Positions 37,367-45,325 of a DNA stretch of 45,325 nt are shown in pieces. Where the stretch lies: positions 1 to 45,325 of the forward strand of contig JBFMCN010000033.1 in NCBI GenBank assembly GCA_040754475.1. The letters are read 5' to 3'. The stretch is from Actinomycetota bacterium. Its GTDB lineage: Bacteria > Actinomycetota > UBA4738 > HRBIN12. Made by a program: the position numbers and the translations under genes. Within the stretch, counting starts at the first letter, position 1, and the number at the start of each line of letters is the position of its first letter. Below the pieces are notes generated by a model. The model saw only the letters and a program-made list of their open reading frames with translations. It was not told the origin of the DNA and did not search any database.

Positions 37367-38494
37367 CTAGCTGCCCTCGGCGACGGGGAAGATGCCGGGC
37401 AGCCGATGGGCTTCCGGAAGGTCCTCGACCGGCCATCGCTCGCGCGACTTGACTGCCAGCTTCTTCATCAGGTCGATCGCGTCGGCATCCTCCGATCCGG
37501 GACGCCACTCGACGATGCCGTCCGCGACGGCCCGGTTCCAGATGTCCTGGCCCTTGTCGGTGCGGATGATCGTCAGCGTCCAGCCCTCCCCCTGACCGAG
37601 GCCGCCGAAGGAGATGTCCGCGTGCTCGGCCGTGAAGTCGGGACAGTGAAGGCAGCCGGGGCGCGTGAACCTGTGGGACTTCTTCAGGGGGTAGGTGATC
37701 TCCTCGCCGTCCTTCTTGTAGAAGAGCAGCTTCCCCTTGATGTTCATGCGGACGATCTCATCGAGGTCGAGGCCGAGCTCATTCTGGGCGATCTCGACCA
37801 TCAGCCCGTCGTAGGTGAAGGTCTTGGAGCAGAGCAGTCCGAAGGTCCAGGCGACCCTCTTCGCCCACTTGTTGACTCGTCGGGCAGCCATGGAGCCGGG
37901 CGCGCTGGCCTGACATCCCATCCCAACCACCGCCAGCTTGGACAGGCCCATCTCGGCGGCCTTCAGCATCGCGTGCGGGTTCGGCGAATACGTATACCGG
38001 GAACCGGCGGCGGCCAGTACGCCCTCGCGGTCGGTCACGACCGTGGGCTGAGGGTCCCAGGGCCGCTCGGCGGACAGCTGCGAGGTGCAGACTCCGTCGA
38101 TCTCCCCATTCCCGAGACCCCAGATCAGCAGGGAGGAGACGGCGCCTCCGTCCTGCCCGCGTGCGCGTATTCCGGGGTCCGCAGAGCGGCCGAGCACTAT
38201 GTCCTTGTACTGACCGGCCACCTCCTCGGGCTGCCGAACACGTCCGTGGAGGAGTTGGTCGATCTCGGCTTCCCACTCACGGAATCGGGGGCAGGCGAGG
38301 GTGCAGAGCGAGCAGCCCTTGTCTCCGTGCGCGCACTTGTCCGGCCCGTCTTCCTGCAGCTGGACGGGCTTGTAGTCCTCATACGCAAGGACGTGGAAGG
38401 GGCAGGCGACTATGCAGGCAGTGCATCCGGTGCATAGGCCCGTCGTGACGACCTCGTGGTAGAGGTCTCTCCACTGGGTGTTGTCCTTGGCCAC
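37367..38494 (-). CDS. Coenzyme F420 hydrogenase/dehydrogenase beta-subunit (FrhB/FdhB) family protein
   Basis: N-terminal CTGCTACIVACP and CSLCTLACP clusters; GQDGGAVS, AAGSRY, VGMGCQ, GLLC and GCLHCPDFTAEHADISFG. Confidence 0.9.
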   Translation of the reverse strand: MAKDNTQWRDLYHEVVTTGLCTGCTACIVACPFHVLAYEDYKPVQLQEDGPDKCAHGDKGCSLCTLACPRFREWEAEIDQLLHGRVRQPEEVAGQYKDIVLGRSADPGIRARGQDGGAVSSLLIWGLGNGEIDGVCTSQLSAERPWDPQPTVVTDREGVLAAAGSRYTYSPNPHAMLKAAEMGLSKLAVVGMGCQASAPGSMAARRVNKWAKRVAWTFGLLCSKTFTYDGLMVEIAQNELGLDLDEIVRMNIKGKLLFYKKDGEEITYPLKKSHRFTRPGCLHCPDFTAEHADISFGGLGQGEGWTLTIIRTDKGQDIWNRAVADGIVEWRPGSEDADAIDLMKKLAVKSRERWPVEDLPEAHRLPGIFPVAEGS

Positions 38495-38655
38495 GACTGG
38501 AAGGATAGCGTGCCGGCGGCCCCTCAGCCGCAAGCCTTCCGGTCCACCTGGTCGTGCTACGAAGGGACCAATGGCCCAGAAGGAGGAGACGAGGATGGGG
38601 ATCGCGACGAACCGGTCGGGTTCGTTCAGCGTGGGCTCTCGTACCATGGCCGGGC

Positions 38656-39225
38656 ATGCAGACGCGCGATCTCCGAGAGCGCCTCGCGCCGAACCTCGAC
38701 CCCGATCCGCGGCCGTACCCGCCGCCCGGCTCCCGGCTTGCGGCGGTGCTCGTGCCGATCGTCGAGGCCGGTCAACCGCTCGTGGTCTTCACGAGGAGGG
38801 CCGACCATCTGCCCCGTCACCCGGGAGAGATCTCCTTTCCAGGCGGGCTGCCGCATCCCAGCGACGCCGGGCTACGTGAGACGGCCCTGCGCGAGACGGA
38901 GGAGGAGCTTGGGCTACCGCGGACGGCGGTAGACGTAGTCGGAGCACTCGCCCCCATCCACACGACCGTGTCGGGAATCCTGATCGTTCCCTACGTCGGG
39001 ATGCTGGCTGCCCGTCCGTCCTTCGCTCCGAACGTGGGCGAGATCGCGGAGATCTTCGAGTACCCGCTGACGGAGCTGGCCGAGGCCGAGACGGAGGTGG
39101 AGCTCCTACGTGAGGGCGGTGTCTACCGCGGGTACGCTTATCAGATGCCAGGGAGCCGGGTCTGGGGAGCGACCGCCCTCATCCTCCACGGTCTGATCGA
39201 GATACTCCGCAAGGAGCCGGCTTGA
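38656..39225 (+). CDS. Nudix hydrolase, CoA pyrophosphatase type
   Basis: FTRRADHLPRHPGEISFPGG, ALRETEEELG and VWGATA. Confidence 0.92.
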   Translation: MQTRDLRERLAPNLDPDPRPYPPPGSRLAAVLVPIVEAGQPLVVFTRRADHLPRHPGEISFPGGLPHPSDAGLRETALRETEEELGLPRTAVDVVGALAPIHTTVSGILIVPYVGMLAARPSFAPNVGEIAEIFEYPLTELAEAETEVELLREGGVYRGYAYQMPGSRVWGATALILHGLIEILRKEPA

Positions 39226-39713
39226 GCGTCCCTGCTTCCGAGCCCTACGCGCCGAGCGATGCCGAGCTGAGATCGATCCTGAGGGATGCCCGGACGATCG
39301 CTGTCGTCGGGCTATCGTCCAAGCCCGATCGCGATTCCTGCCAAGTCGGGGCGTATCTCCAGGGCATGGGGTACCGGATCATCCCCATCAACCCGAACGA
39401 AACCGAGGTGCTCGGCGAGCGGGCCTTCTCCTCCCTGGACGAGGTTCCGAAGGATGTCCGGATCGACATCGTCGACGTGTTCCGACGGGCTGAGGACACG
39501 CCCCAAGTCGCTGAGCAGACGGTTCGGGCTGGGGCGAGGGCGCTCTGGCTCCAAGAGGGCATCGTGAACGACGCCGCGCGCCGGATCGCGGAGGCAGTGG
39601 GGATCACCGTCATCATGGGCCTCTGCATTCGTAGGACCGTTCAGCGGCTTCGGAAGGAGCAGAGCCTTCTGCGGCCACCGTCCGGAGTGATCGAACGGCC
39701 AGTCGGTCAGTGA
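39222..39713 (+). CDS. CoA-binding protein (YccU-like)
   Basis: TIAVVGLSSKPDRDS, IPINP, DIVDVFR and WLQEGI; overlaps the Nudix stop. Confidence 0.92.
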   Translation: MSVPASEPYAPSDAELRSILRDARTIAVVGLSSKPDRDSCQVGAYLQGMGYRIIPINPNETEVLGERAFSSLDEVPKDVRIDIVDVFRRAEDTPQVAEQTVRAGARALWLQEGIVNDAARRIAEAVGITVIMGLCIRRTVQRLRKEQSLLRPPSGVIERPVGQ

Positions 39714-39880
39714 CGGTCGATCCGGGAGCGTAGGAACAGCAGCCCCAGCACCATCAACACGAGGAAGATGACGCCCCAGCCGGTCCGGACTCCACCCTCG
39801 AACGGAGTGGGCGAGGGGCTGGCCGCCGGAGAGGCGGACGCGAGCAAGACCATGCCGCCGAGGACGAACCGGGGAGCCAC
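39707..39880 (-). CDS. Small hypothetical membrane protein (57 aa)
   Basis: GTG 7 nt after TAGACT; hydrophobic N-terminus, SP-rich linker, TM helix and basic tail. Confidence 0.55.
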   Translation of the reverse strand: MAPRFVLGGMVLLASASPAASPSPTPFEGGVRTGWGVIFLVLMVLGLLFLRSRIDRH

Positions 39881-39890
39881 AGCCGGCAGT

Positions 39891-40388
39891 CTAGCCGGGC
39901 GGCTCTGCCGGCTCCCCGCGAGAGACGAGCTCCTCGATGAGGTTGCACAGGAGCTCCGGGGCCGTTCCCTTGGTGACGTGGTCGGCGGCGCCAGCCGCCC
40001 GCGCCGCCGCCGCGAGCGCAGGGTCATCGTAGGCCGACAGTGCGACTATGCGAGCGGTCGGGAGCCGTTCTCTGATCAGCCTCGTCGCGTCGATGCCGTT
40101 CATCCTCGGCATGCGGATGTCCATCAGGACCACGTCGGGTCGCAAGGCACGCGCCAAGTCCACGGCCGCGTGCCCGTCGGCCGCCATTCCTACCACGTCG
40201 AAGCCGTAGTTCGAGAGCATGTCCGACAGTGCCGAGCGGAGCTCCTCGTCGTCGTCCACAACGAGGATTCGGCACGCCCTAACCTGCGACGGGAGGGTCT
40301 CCGTCTCGCTCCGTGGGGGAGGAAGGAAGCTGACGGCAGGCGCGACGACCCCGGCGCCGGGAAGGGCGCGCCAACAAGTCCCCCTCAT
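39891..40388 (-). CDS. Stand-alone response regulator receiver protein (start uncertain)
   Basis: ILVVDDD, PDVVLMDIRMP, VALSAY and HVTKG; no output domain. Confidence 0.85.
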   Translation of the reverse strand: MRGTCWRALPGAGVVAPAVSFLPPPRSETETLPSQVRACRILVVDDDEELRSALSDMLSNYGFDVVGMAADGHAAVDLARALRPDVVLMDIRMPRMNGIDATRLIRERLPTARIVALSAYDDPALAAAARAAGAADHVTKGTAPELLCNLIEELVSRGEPAEPPG

Positions 40389-40437
40389 GCGTCTGGCATC
40401 GGAAGATCGGAGGCATGTGCTGAAACTAGTTGCGGCG

Positions 40438-41286
40438 TCATCGCATTTCGGGAGGAAGCTCCCATCCGCGCCTCCTGAGCTCGTCGGCGGCCTCCTGCCC
40501 TGCACGAGCCAGCTTCCACAGCGAGGACTTGCGCTTCGCGTCGTGTCCGGGGGCGAACTCCCGCGCCGTGAGCGCCGTGCAGGCGGGATCTCCGCACCCG
40601 CAGGCGGAGAGTCCAGGGAGCGTCGGCTGCTCGTCCGAGGACGCCGACGCGGGCTTGTGCCGGTATGGGTGGGGCGGAAGGGTGGCGGCCGGGACGACGA
40701 TCTGGCCTTCCTGGGGGTCACCAGGTGCACTGAAGCGACGCTCCAGCGCGTAGAGGCCCGTCAGTGCGGCGAGCGCCGCATCGATCTGATCGGCCGAGCG
40801 GAGACGGGAGTCGTCGACACCGCACGCCCGGAGCACGGATCGCCGCCACCGGTGCTTCGGCACCGAACGCGGGGGGAGATGGCGGGCAAGGATCACGGCC
40901 GACGCGTGGGGGAAGACCTCGATCGCGGTTCCTCGCACGGAGCCCCCACGGTAGCGAGGAAACAGGTCGGTGAGCCGGGCGAAGGCCTCGAACCCCACAG
41001 TCATCCATCTGTAGAAGGGGTGCTCGGCCATGCGAGCGTCCGACGGTGTGTTGAAGCACTGGATACCGAACCACCGGAGCTCGCGCTCGGTGATGCGCGA
41101 CTTGCCCGAGTTAGCCCAGGTGGGCGGCGCGTCGATCGCAACCACGTCGGGTGCGAGGGCGTCGACGAGCGCACGGAGCTCTGCGGTGGCCACGCGCCGG
41201 CGGACGTCCCGGATCGCGCGGGTGTCGTCGAGCAGCACGAGGTCGAGCCCCTTGCTGACCCCGATGTCGATGCCGAGCGAGCGCAC
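40438..41286 (-). CDS. DUF429-family (predicted RNase H-like nuclease) protein with C-terminal CxCG motif
   Basis: LGIDIG, VAIDAPP, RITERE, IEVFPHAS and DQIDAALAAL; tail CGCGDPAC...FAPGHDAK. Confidence 0.8.
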   Translation of the reverse strand: MRSLGIDIGVSKGLDLVLLDDTRAIRDVRRRVATAELRALVDALAPDVVAIDAPPTWANSGKSRITERELRWFGIQCFNTPSDARMAEHPFYRWMTVGFEAFARLTDLFPRYRGGSVRGTAIEVFPHASAVILARHLPPRSVPKHRWRRSVLRACGVDDSRLRSADQIDAALAALTGLYALERRFSAPGDPQEGQIVVPAATLPPHPYRHKPASASSDEQPTLPGLSACGCGDPACTALTAREFAPGHDAKRKSSLWKLARAGQEAADELRRRGWELPPEMR

Positions 41287-41450
41287 TACGACCGGGTCCC
41301 ATCCGGCCGCACGAGGGACATGCCGCCGGTGGTCTCGAGAGACGATTCCGGCCCGCGCACTCAAGCCCCCGTTCCGCTGATCCGAACCCCTATTGTGCTT
41401 TACTCGCGGCGGAGCGTCCCGCGGGAACGGGAAGGGCTGGGAGGCCACCG

Positions 41451-42410
41451 GTGAGCGAGGAGTCCGAGCGGCCCGCGCGCGAGTCGATCCTTGTCGTCGA
41501 AGACGACCGGTTCATCGCGCGGCTCCTGCACGTCGAGCTCTCGGGAGCCGGCTACGACGTGTGGATCGCCAACGATGGCGTCGAGGCCCTGGAGATGGCG
41601 TTCGAGCGCTGCCCCGACCTTGTTCTCGCCGACGTGATGATGCCTCACATGGACGGCTTCGAGATGACGAGGCGGCTCCGCAGCGACCCGAGGACGGAGG
41701 GCGTGAGCATCATCATGCTCACGGCACGGGGGCTCGCCGCGGACAAGCTCGAGGGGCTCACGGCTGGCGCAGACGACTACGTCGTGAAGCCGTTCGACAA
41801 TGAGGAGCTTCTGGCGCGCGTCCGCGGCGTGCTTCGACGGGCCGCGTACATGCGCGCCGTCTCGCCCCTGACCGGGCTCCCCGGCAACGTTCGTATCGAG
41901 GATGAGATCCAGGCTCGTGTGAACGAGAAGGAACCGTTCGCGCTCATGTACCTCGACCTCGACAACTTCAAGGCGTACAGCGATCGCTATGGCTTCGTCC
42001 GTGGCGATGCCGCACTCAGAGCCACGGGGCAGCTGATCCAAGGGGTGGCAAAGGCCGTCGCCGGTCCGACGACCTTCGTGGGACACATCGGCGGTGACGA
42101 TTTCGTCGTCGTGACTTCGCCCGAGCTGGCCGTCCAGGTGGCCGAGGAGATCATCAGGCAGTTCGACGAGCTTGCTCCGACCCTGTACGGCGAGGCGGAA
42201 GCGTCGTCCGGGTACATCGAGGCCGAGGATCGACAGGGGCGCAAGCGCCGCTTCCCCCTGCTCTCGATCTCCATCGGTATCGCGAGCACCAAGATCCGGC
42301 AGTTCGCTCACAGGGCTGAAGCCGTGGAAGTCGCCACCGAGCTGAAGAACTACGCGAAGCGGACCCAGGGATCATCGTATGCGCTGGACAGGAGGTCGGC
42401 GCCCTCGTGA
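41451..42410 (+). CDS. Response regulator-diguanylate cyclase (REC-GGDEF), paralog 1
   Basis: Receiver (VVEDD, ADVMMP, KPF), SPLTGLPGN, DLDNFK and GHIGGDDF. Confidence 0.93.
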   Translation: MSEESERPARESILVVEDDRFIARLLHVELSGAGYDVWIANDGVEALEMAFERCPDLVLADVMMPHMDGFEMTRRLRSDPRTEGVSIIMLTARGLAADKLEGLTAGADDYVVKPFDNEELLARVRGVLRRAAYMRAVSPLTGLPGNVRIEDEIQARVNEKEPFALMYLDLDNFKAYSDRYGFVRGDAALRATGQLIQGVAKAVAGPTTFVGHIGGDDFVVVTSPELAVQVAEEIIRQFDELAPTLYGEAEASSGYIEAEDRQGRKRRFPLLSISIGIASTKIRQFAHRAEAVEVATELKNYAKRTQGSSYALDRRSAPS

Positions 42411-42480
42411 GGCCGGCGACTCCACTCGTCCGAGGTGGCATGATGCTGGCCTTGACGAAGCACCGGCGGGGGCGGCCGTG

Positions 42481-43434
42481 ATGGACGGCGGAGCGCAGGT
42501 TCGGGCGGCGGAGTCGATCGTCGTCGTCGACGACGATCCGTTTCTTGCCAGGCTGCTCGAGATCGAGCTCCGGACGGCCGGCTACCAGGTACGGGTCGCC
42601 TCCAACGGTGAGCAGGCACTGGGTCTGATTCTGGACGCCATCCCCGACCTCGTGGTCGCCGACGTGATGATGCCGAACATGGACGGTTTCGAGCTGACGA
42701 GGCGTCTTCGTCAGGACAGCCGAACGAGCGCTGTGAGCGTGATCATGCTCACGGCCCGCGGGCTGTCGGCCGACAAGCTCGAGGGGTTCGCGGTCGGCGC
42801 AGACGACTACGTCGTGAAGCCGTTCGACACGCCCGAGCTCCTGGCGCGGATTCGTGGGGTCTTGCGCCGGGCCAAGGAGCTGCGCGCGCAATCACCGCTG
42901 ACGGGCTTGCCCGGCAACGTCCGTATCGAAGACGAGATCGAGGGCAGGGTTACCTCCGGCCAGCTGTTCGCGATCCTCTACGCCGATCTGGACAACTTCA
43001 AGGCCTACAACGATCGCTACGGCTTCATGCGTGGCGACAAGGTGATCCAGTTCGTTGCCCGTCTGATCCAGGAAGTGGCCGTGGCAACCGCCGGGCCGGA
43101 GACCTTCGTCGGCCACGTTGGCGGGGACGATTTCGTCGTCGCCTGCCCTGTGGAGGAAGCCGAACGCGTGGCCCAGGGCATAGTCGAGGGTTTCGACCGG
43201 GAGGTCGGGGGTCTGTACGACGCCGAGGATCGCGATCGGGGCTTCATCGAGGTAGTCACTCGCAGGGGCGACACGCGACGGTTTCCGCTTCTCTCGTTGT
43301 CGATCGGCATCGCGACGACTGCCTGGCGGCGCTTCTCTCACTACGCCGAGATCGTCGCCGTTGCGAGCGAGATGAAGAGCTACACCAAGAGCACTTCCGG
43401 GTCCTCGTACGCCGTGGACAGGCGGCACACCTAG
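42481..43434 (+). CDS. Response regulator-diguanylate cyclase (REC-GGDEF), paralog 2
   Basis: Same architecture; DLDNFKAYND and GHVGGDDF. Confidence 0.93.
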   Translation: MDGGAQVRAAESIVVVDDDPFLARLLEIELRTAGYQVRVASNGEQALGLILDAIPDLVVADVMMPNMDGFELTRRLRQDSRTSAVSVIMLTARGLSADKLEGFAVGADDYVVKPFDTPELLARIRGVLRRAKELRAQSPLTGLPGNVRIEDEIEGRVTSGQLFAILYADLDNFKAYNDRYGFMRGDKVIQFVARLIQEVAVATAGPETFVGHVGGDDFVVACPVEEAERVAQGIVEGFDREVGGLYDAEDRDRGFIEVVTRRGDTRRFPLLSLSIGIATTAWRRFSHYAEIVAVASEMKSYTKSTSGSSYAVDRRHT

Positions 43435-43456
43435 CCCCGGATCGCGGCTCAGGCGC

Positions 43457-44620
43457 TCACTTCCCGGACTCAACGTACAGGGGGAACGTGAGGGCAAACG
43501 TGCTTCCACCACCGTCGCGGGGCAGCGCGCGGATGGCTCCGCCGTGCGCATTCATGATGCGGCGGGCGAGGTACAGCCCGATCCCCAGGCCCTCGTGCCC
43601 CCTCGTGGTACTTGAATCGCCCTGGGTGAACGCCTCGAAGACGCTCTCGCGCTGTTCCTCGGGGATGCCCGGACCTCGATCCGAGACAGCGATCTCGATC
43701 TGAGCTCCCCGGGGCCGCACGTCGACCTCGACCGGCTCCTGGTCCCCGGAGAGCGCAAGCGCGTTCTCCAGAACCACGACGATCGCTCGGACCCCGAGGT
43801 CGGGATCCGCCCAGATTCGCATTGCCGTCTGCTTGCGGTTGGACGGCATGGACAACCGATCCTGATGCCGAGGGAACTCGGACGCGGCCCGCGTGAGCAA
43901 CTCGCCCACGATGACGGGCCGCGTGGAGAATTCGACGCCCTCCCGGTCGAGTCTCGCGGCAGCCGCCAGGTTCCCGACCAGTCGCTTGATACGGTCGCTT
44001 GCCTTGGAGACGCCCTCGACGAGGTCCCGCACCTCGTCCGGGCTAAGCGCGTCCGAATGCTCCGAGAAGGTGTAGGCAAAGCCCTGAATTGTGGTGATCG
44101 GCGTGAACAGCTCGTGCGAGAGGATCTGGATCATCTCGCTCTTCGTTCGGTTCAGCTCTTGAAGCTCTCTCGTCAAGCGCTCGGAGCTCTCGAGCAGGCC
44201 GGTGAGCTCGTGGATCACGTCCGCGGTGATCTCAACGGAGAGGCTGCCCTGCCCGCGCATCGACCTGCGGATCGTGTACAGGATCTCCTCGGCCGACGTG
44301 CCCTTGACGATGTAGCCGACGACGCCGGCTCGGAGCATCTCGAGGACGGTCCGCCGGTCTTCGTACGCGGAAAGGGCGACCACGTGGGTCTGCGGCGACT
44401 CCCGGCGGATCTCGCGGGCAGCACGGGCACCGCCGCCGCCCGGCATCTTCACGTCGATCAGCGCCACGTCCGGCTTCTCGGTCCTCGCTATGTCGATGGC
44501 CTCGTCCGCGTCCTTTGCCGTCCCGGCGACGGCCATCGACGGGTCCGAGGAGACCAGGTCGGCCATCGCCTCGCGTACGGCCGCCTCGTCCTCCGCTATC
44601 AGGACACGAATCCGATCCAT
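43457..44620 (-). CDS. Hybrid receiver-histidine kinase (REC-HisKA-HATPase)
   Basis: N-terminal receiver (IAEDE, IDVKMP, IVKG), SHELFTP H-box, DRGPGIP and GLGIGL; GAGGAG ribosome-binding site. Confidence 0.92.
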   Translation of the reverse strand: MDRIRVLIAEDEAAVREAMADLVSSDPSMAVAGTAKDADEAIDIARTEKPDVALIDVKMPGGGGARAAREIRRESPQTHVVALSAYEDRRTVLEMLRAGVVGYIVKGTSAEEILYTIRRSMRGQGSLSVEITADVIHELTGLLESSERLTRELQELNRTKSEMIQILSHELFTPITTIQGFAYTFSEHSDALSPDEVRDLVEGVSKASDRIKRLVGNLAAAARLDREGVEFSTRPVIVGELLTRAASEFPRHQDRLSMPSNRKQTAMRIWADPDLGVRAIVVVLENALALSGDQEPVEVDVRPRGAQIEIAVSDRGPGIPEEQRESVFEAFTQGDSSTTRGHEGLGIGLYLARRIMNAHGGAIRALPRDGGGSTFALTFPLYVESGK

Positions 44621-44823
44621 CGCTCCTCGGCTGGGCCTCGCCAGCTACGCTCACCTTGCTCCGTGCGGGGCGAGCGTGCAAGTAGTGCTCCAGAAGGCAT
44701 CGGGGGCCGGGAGGATTGCCTTGAGCCACCGGCCTTGGGCGGAGTTCGGCGAGTCGGACCCCGACGGCTCCGTACGGCGGCAGGGCTATCATCCGAGACG
44801 GCGACGCGAAGGAGGCGACGGGG

Positions 44824-45325
44824 ATGGTCGCTCGGGAGATCAGGGCACCCCGCGGGTCGCAGCTCTCATGCAAAGCGTGGCCGCAGGAAGCCGCCCTGCG
44901 AATGCTCATGAACAACCTGGACCCGGACGTGGCCGAGCGCCCGCAGGACCTCGTTGTGTATGGGGGAACCGGTCGGGCAGCGCGCTCGTGGGAGGCGTTC
45001 GACTCGATCGTGAAGGCGCTGAAGGGCCTGGGGAACGACGAGACGCTCCTCGTGCAATCGGGCAAACCAGTGGCCGTGTTCCGGACGCACGAGTTGGCGC
45101 CGCGCGTGCTGATCGTGAACTCGATGCTCGTGCCGAAGTGGGCCAACTGGGACACCTTTCGCGAGCTCGAGCACGCCGGGCTCACGATGTACGGGCAGAT
45201 GACCGCGGGCTCGTGGATCTACATCGGGACCCAGGGTATCCTCCAGGGCACGTACGAGACCCTCGCGGAAGCCGCCGCGCAGCGCTTCGGCGGCTCGCTC
45301 CGGGGAACGATCACGCTCACCGGCG
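44824..45325 (+). CDS. hutU: Urocanate hydratase (3'-truncated by the window edge)
   Basis: Missing from the ORF track because there is no stop in the window. AAGGAGG ribosome-binding site; translates to [35 protein letters not shown] and [23 protein letters not shown]. Confidence 0.96.
   Translation, partial: MVAREIRAPRGSQLSCKAWPQEAALRMLMNNLDPDVAERPQDLVVYGGTGRAARSWEAFDSIVKALKGLGNDETLLVQSGKPVAVFRTHELAPRVLIVNSMLVPKWANWDTFRELEHAGLTMYGQMTAGSWIYIGTQGILQGTYETLAEAAAQRFGGSLRGTITLTG

Noticed and set aside
44705-44750. GGGAGGATTGCCTTGAGCC resembles eukaryotic SRP/Alu sequence
   Set aside because: Short match only; no SRP helix-8 motif or supporting fold seen.

Overview
High-GC bacterial chromosomal segment, most likely an actinobacterium (SenX3/RegX3-like two-component pair, DUF3090, actinobacterial-type Ogt and rhomboid, and many apparently leaderless genes). 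No rRNA, tRNA, CRISPR array or transposase was recognised. Left to right: (1-8.9 kb) a cluster of secreted or surface proteins (two tandem P-domain/IPT-TIG paralogs, a large Gly/Asp-rich Ca-binding repeat protein, a phosphodiester glycosidase and a TolB-like propeller), interrupted by a vapBC-type toxin-antitoxin pair and an orphan minimal nucleotidyltransferase; (9-19 kb) cyclophilin, a Bcp-SRPBCC fusion, a LuxR regulator, pheA, a PQQ-like propeller, rhomboid, a priming sugar transferase, a tiny sortase-like substrate and a coupled ECF sigma-ogt pair; (19-33 kb) a phosphate/magnesium block (sensor kinase divergent from pstSCAB-phoU-regulator across PHO-box-like repeats, DUF47-pit, corA, ispH, and a CBS-less MgtE coupled to a duplicated PhoU/TrkA-C protein); (33-45 kb) an internally deleted LLM oxidoreductase, ferredoxin, a GAF/PAS kinase, a stand-alone FrhB-like protein, Nudix and CoA-binding genes, a signalling cluster (lone receiver, two tandem REC-GGDEF paralogs, REC-kinase hybrid) and the 5' part of hutU. 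The best candidates for undescribed systems are the ECF sigma-Ogt module, the MgtE plus PhoU/TrkA-C module and the asymmetric GGDEF pair. All calls come from reading motifs by eye; no database search was run, so novelty is unverified.
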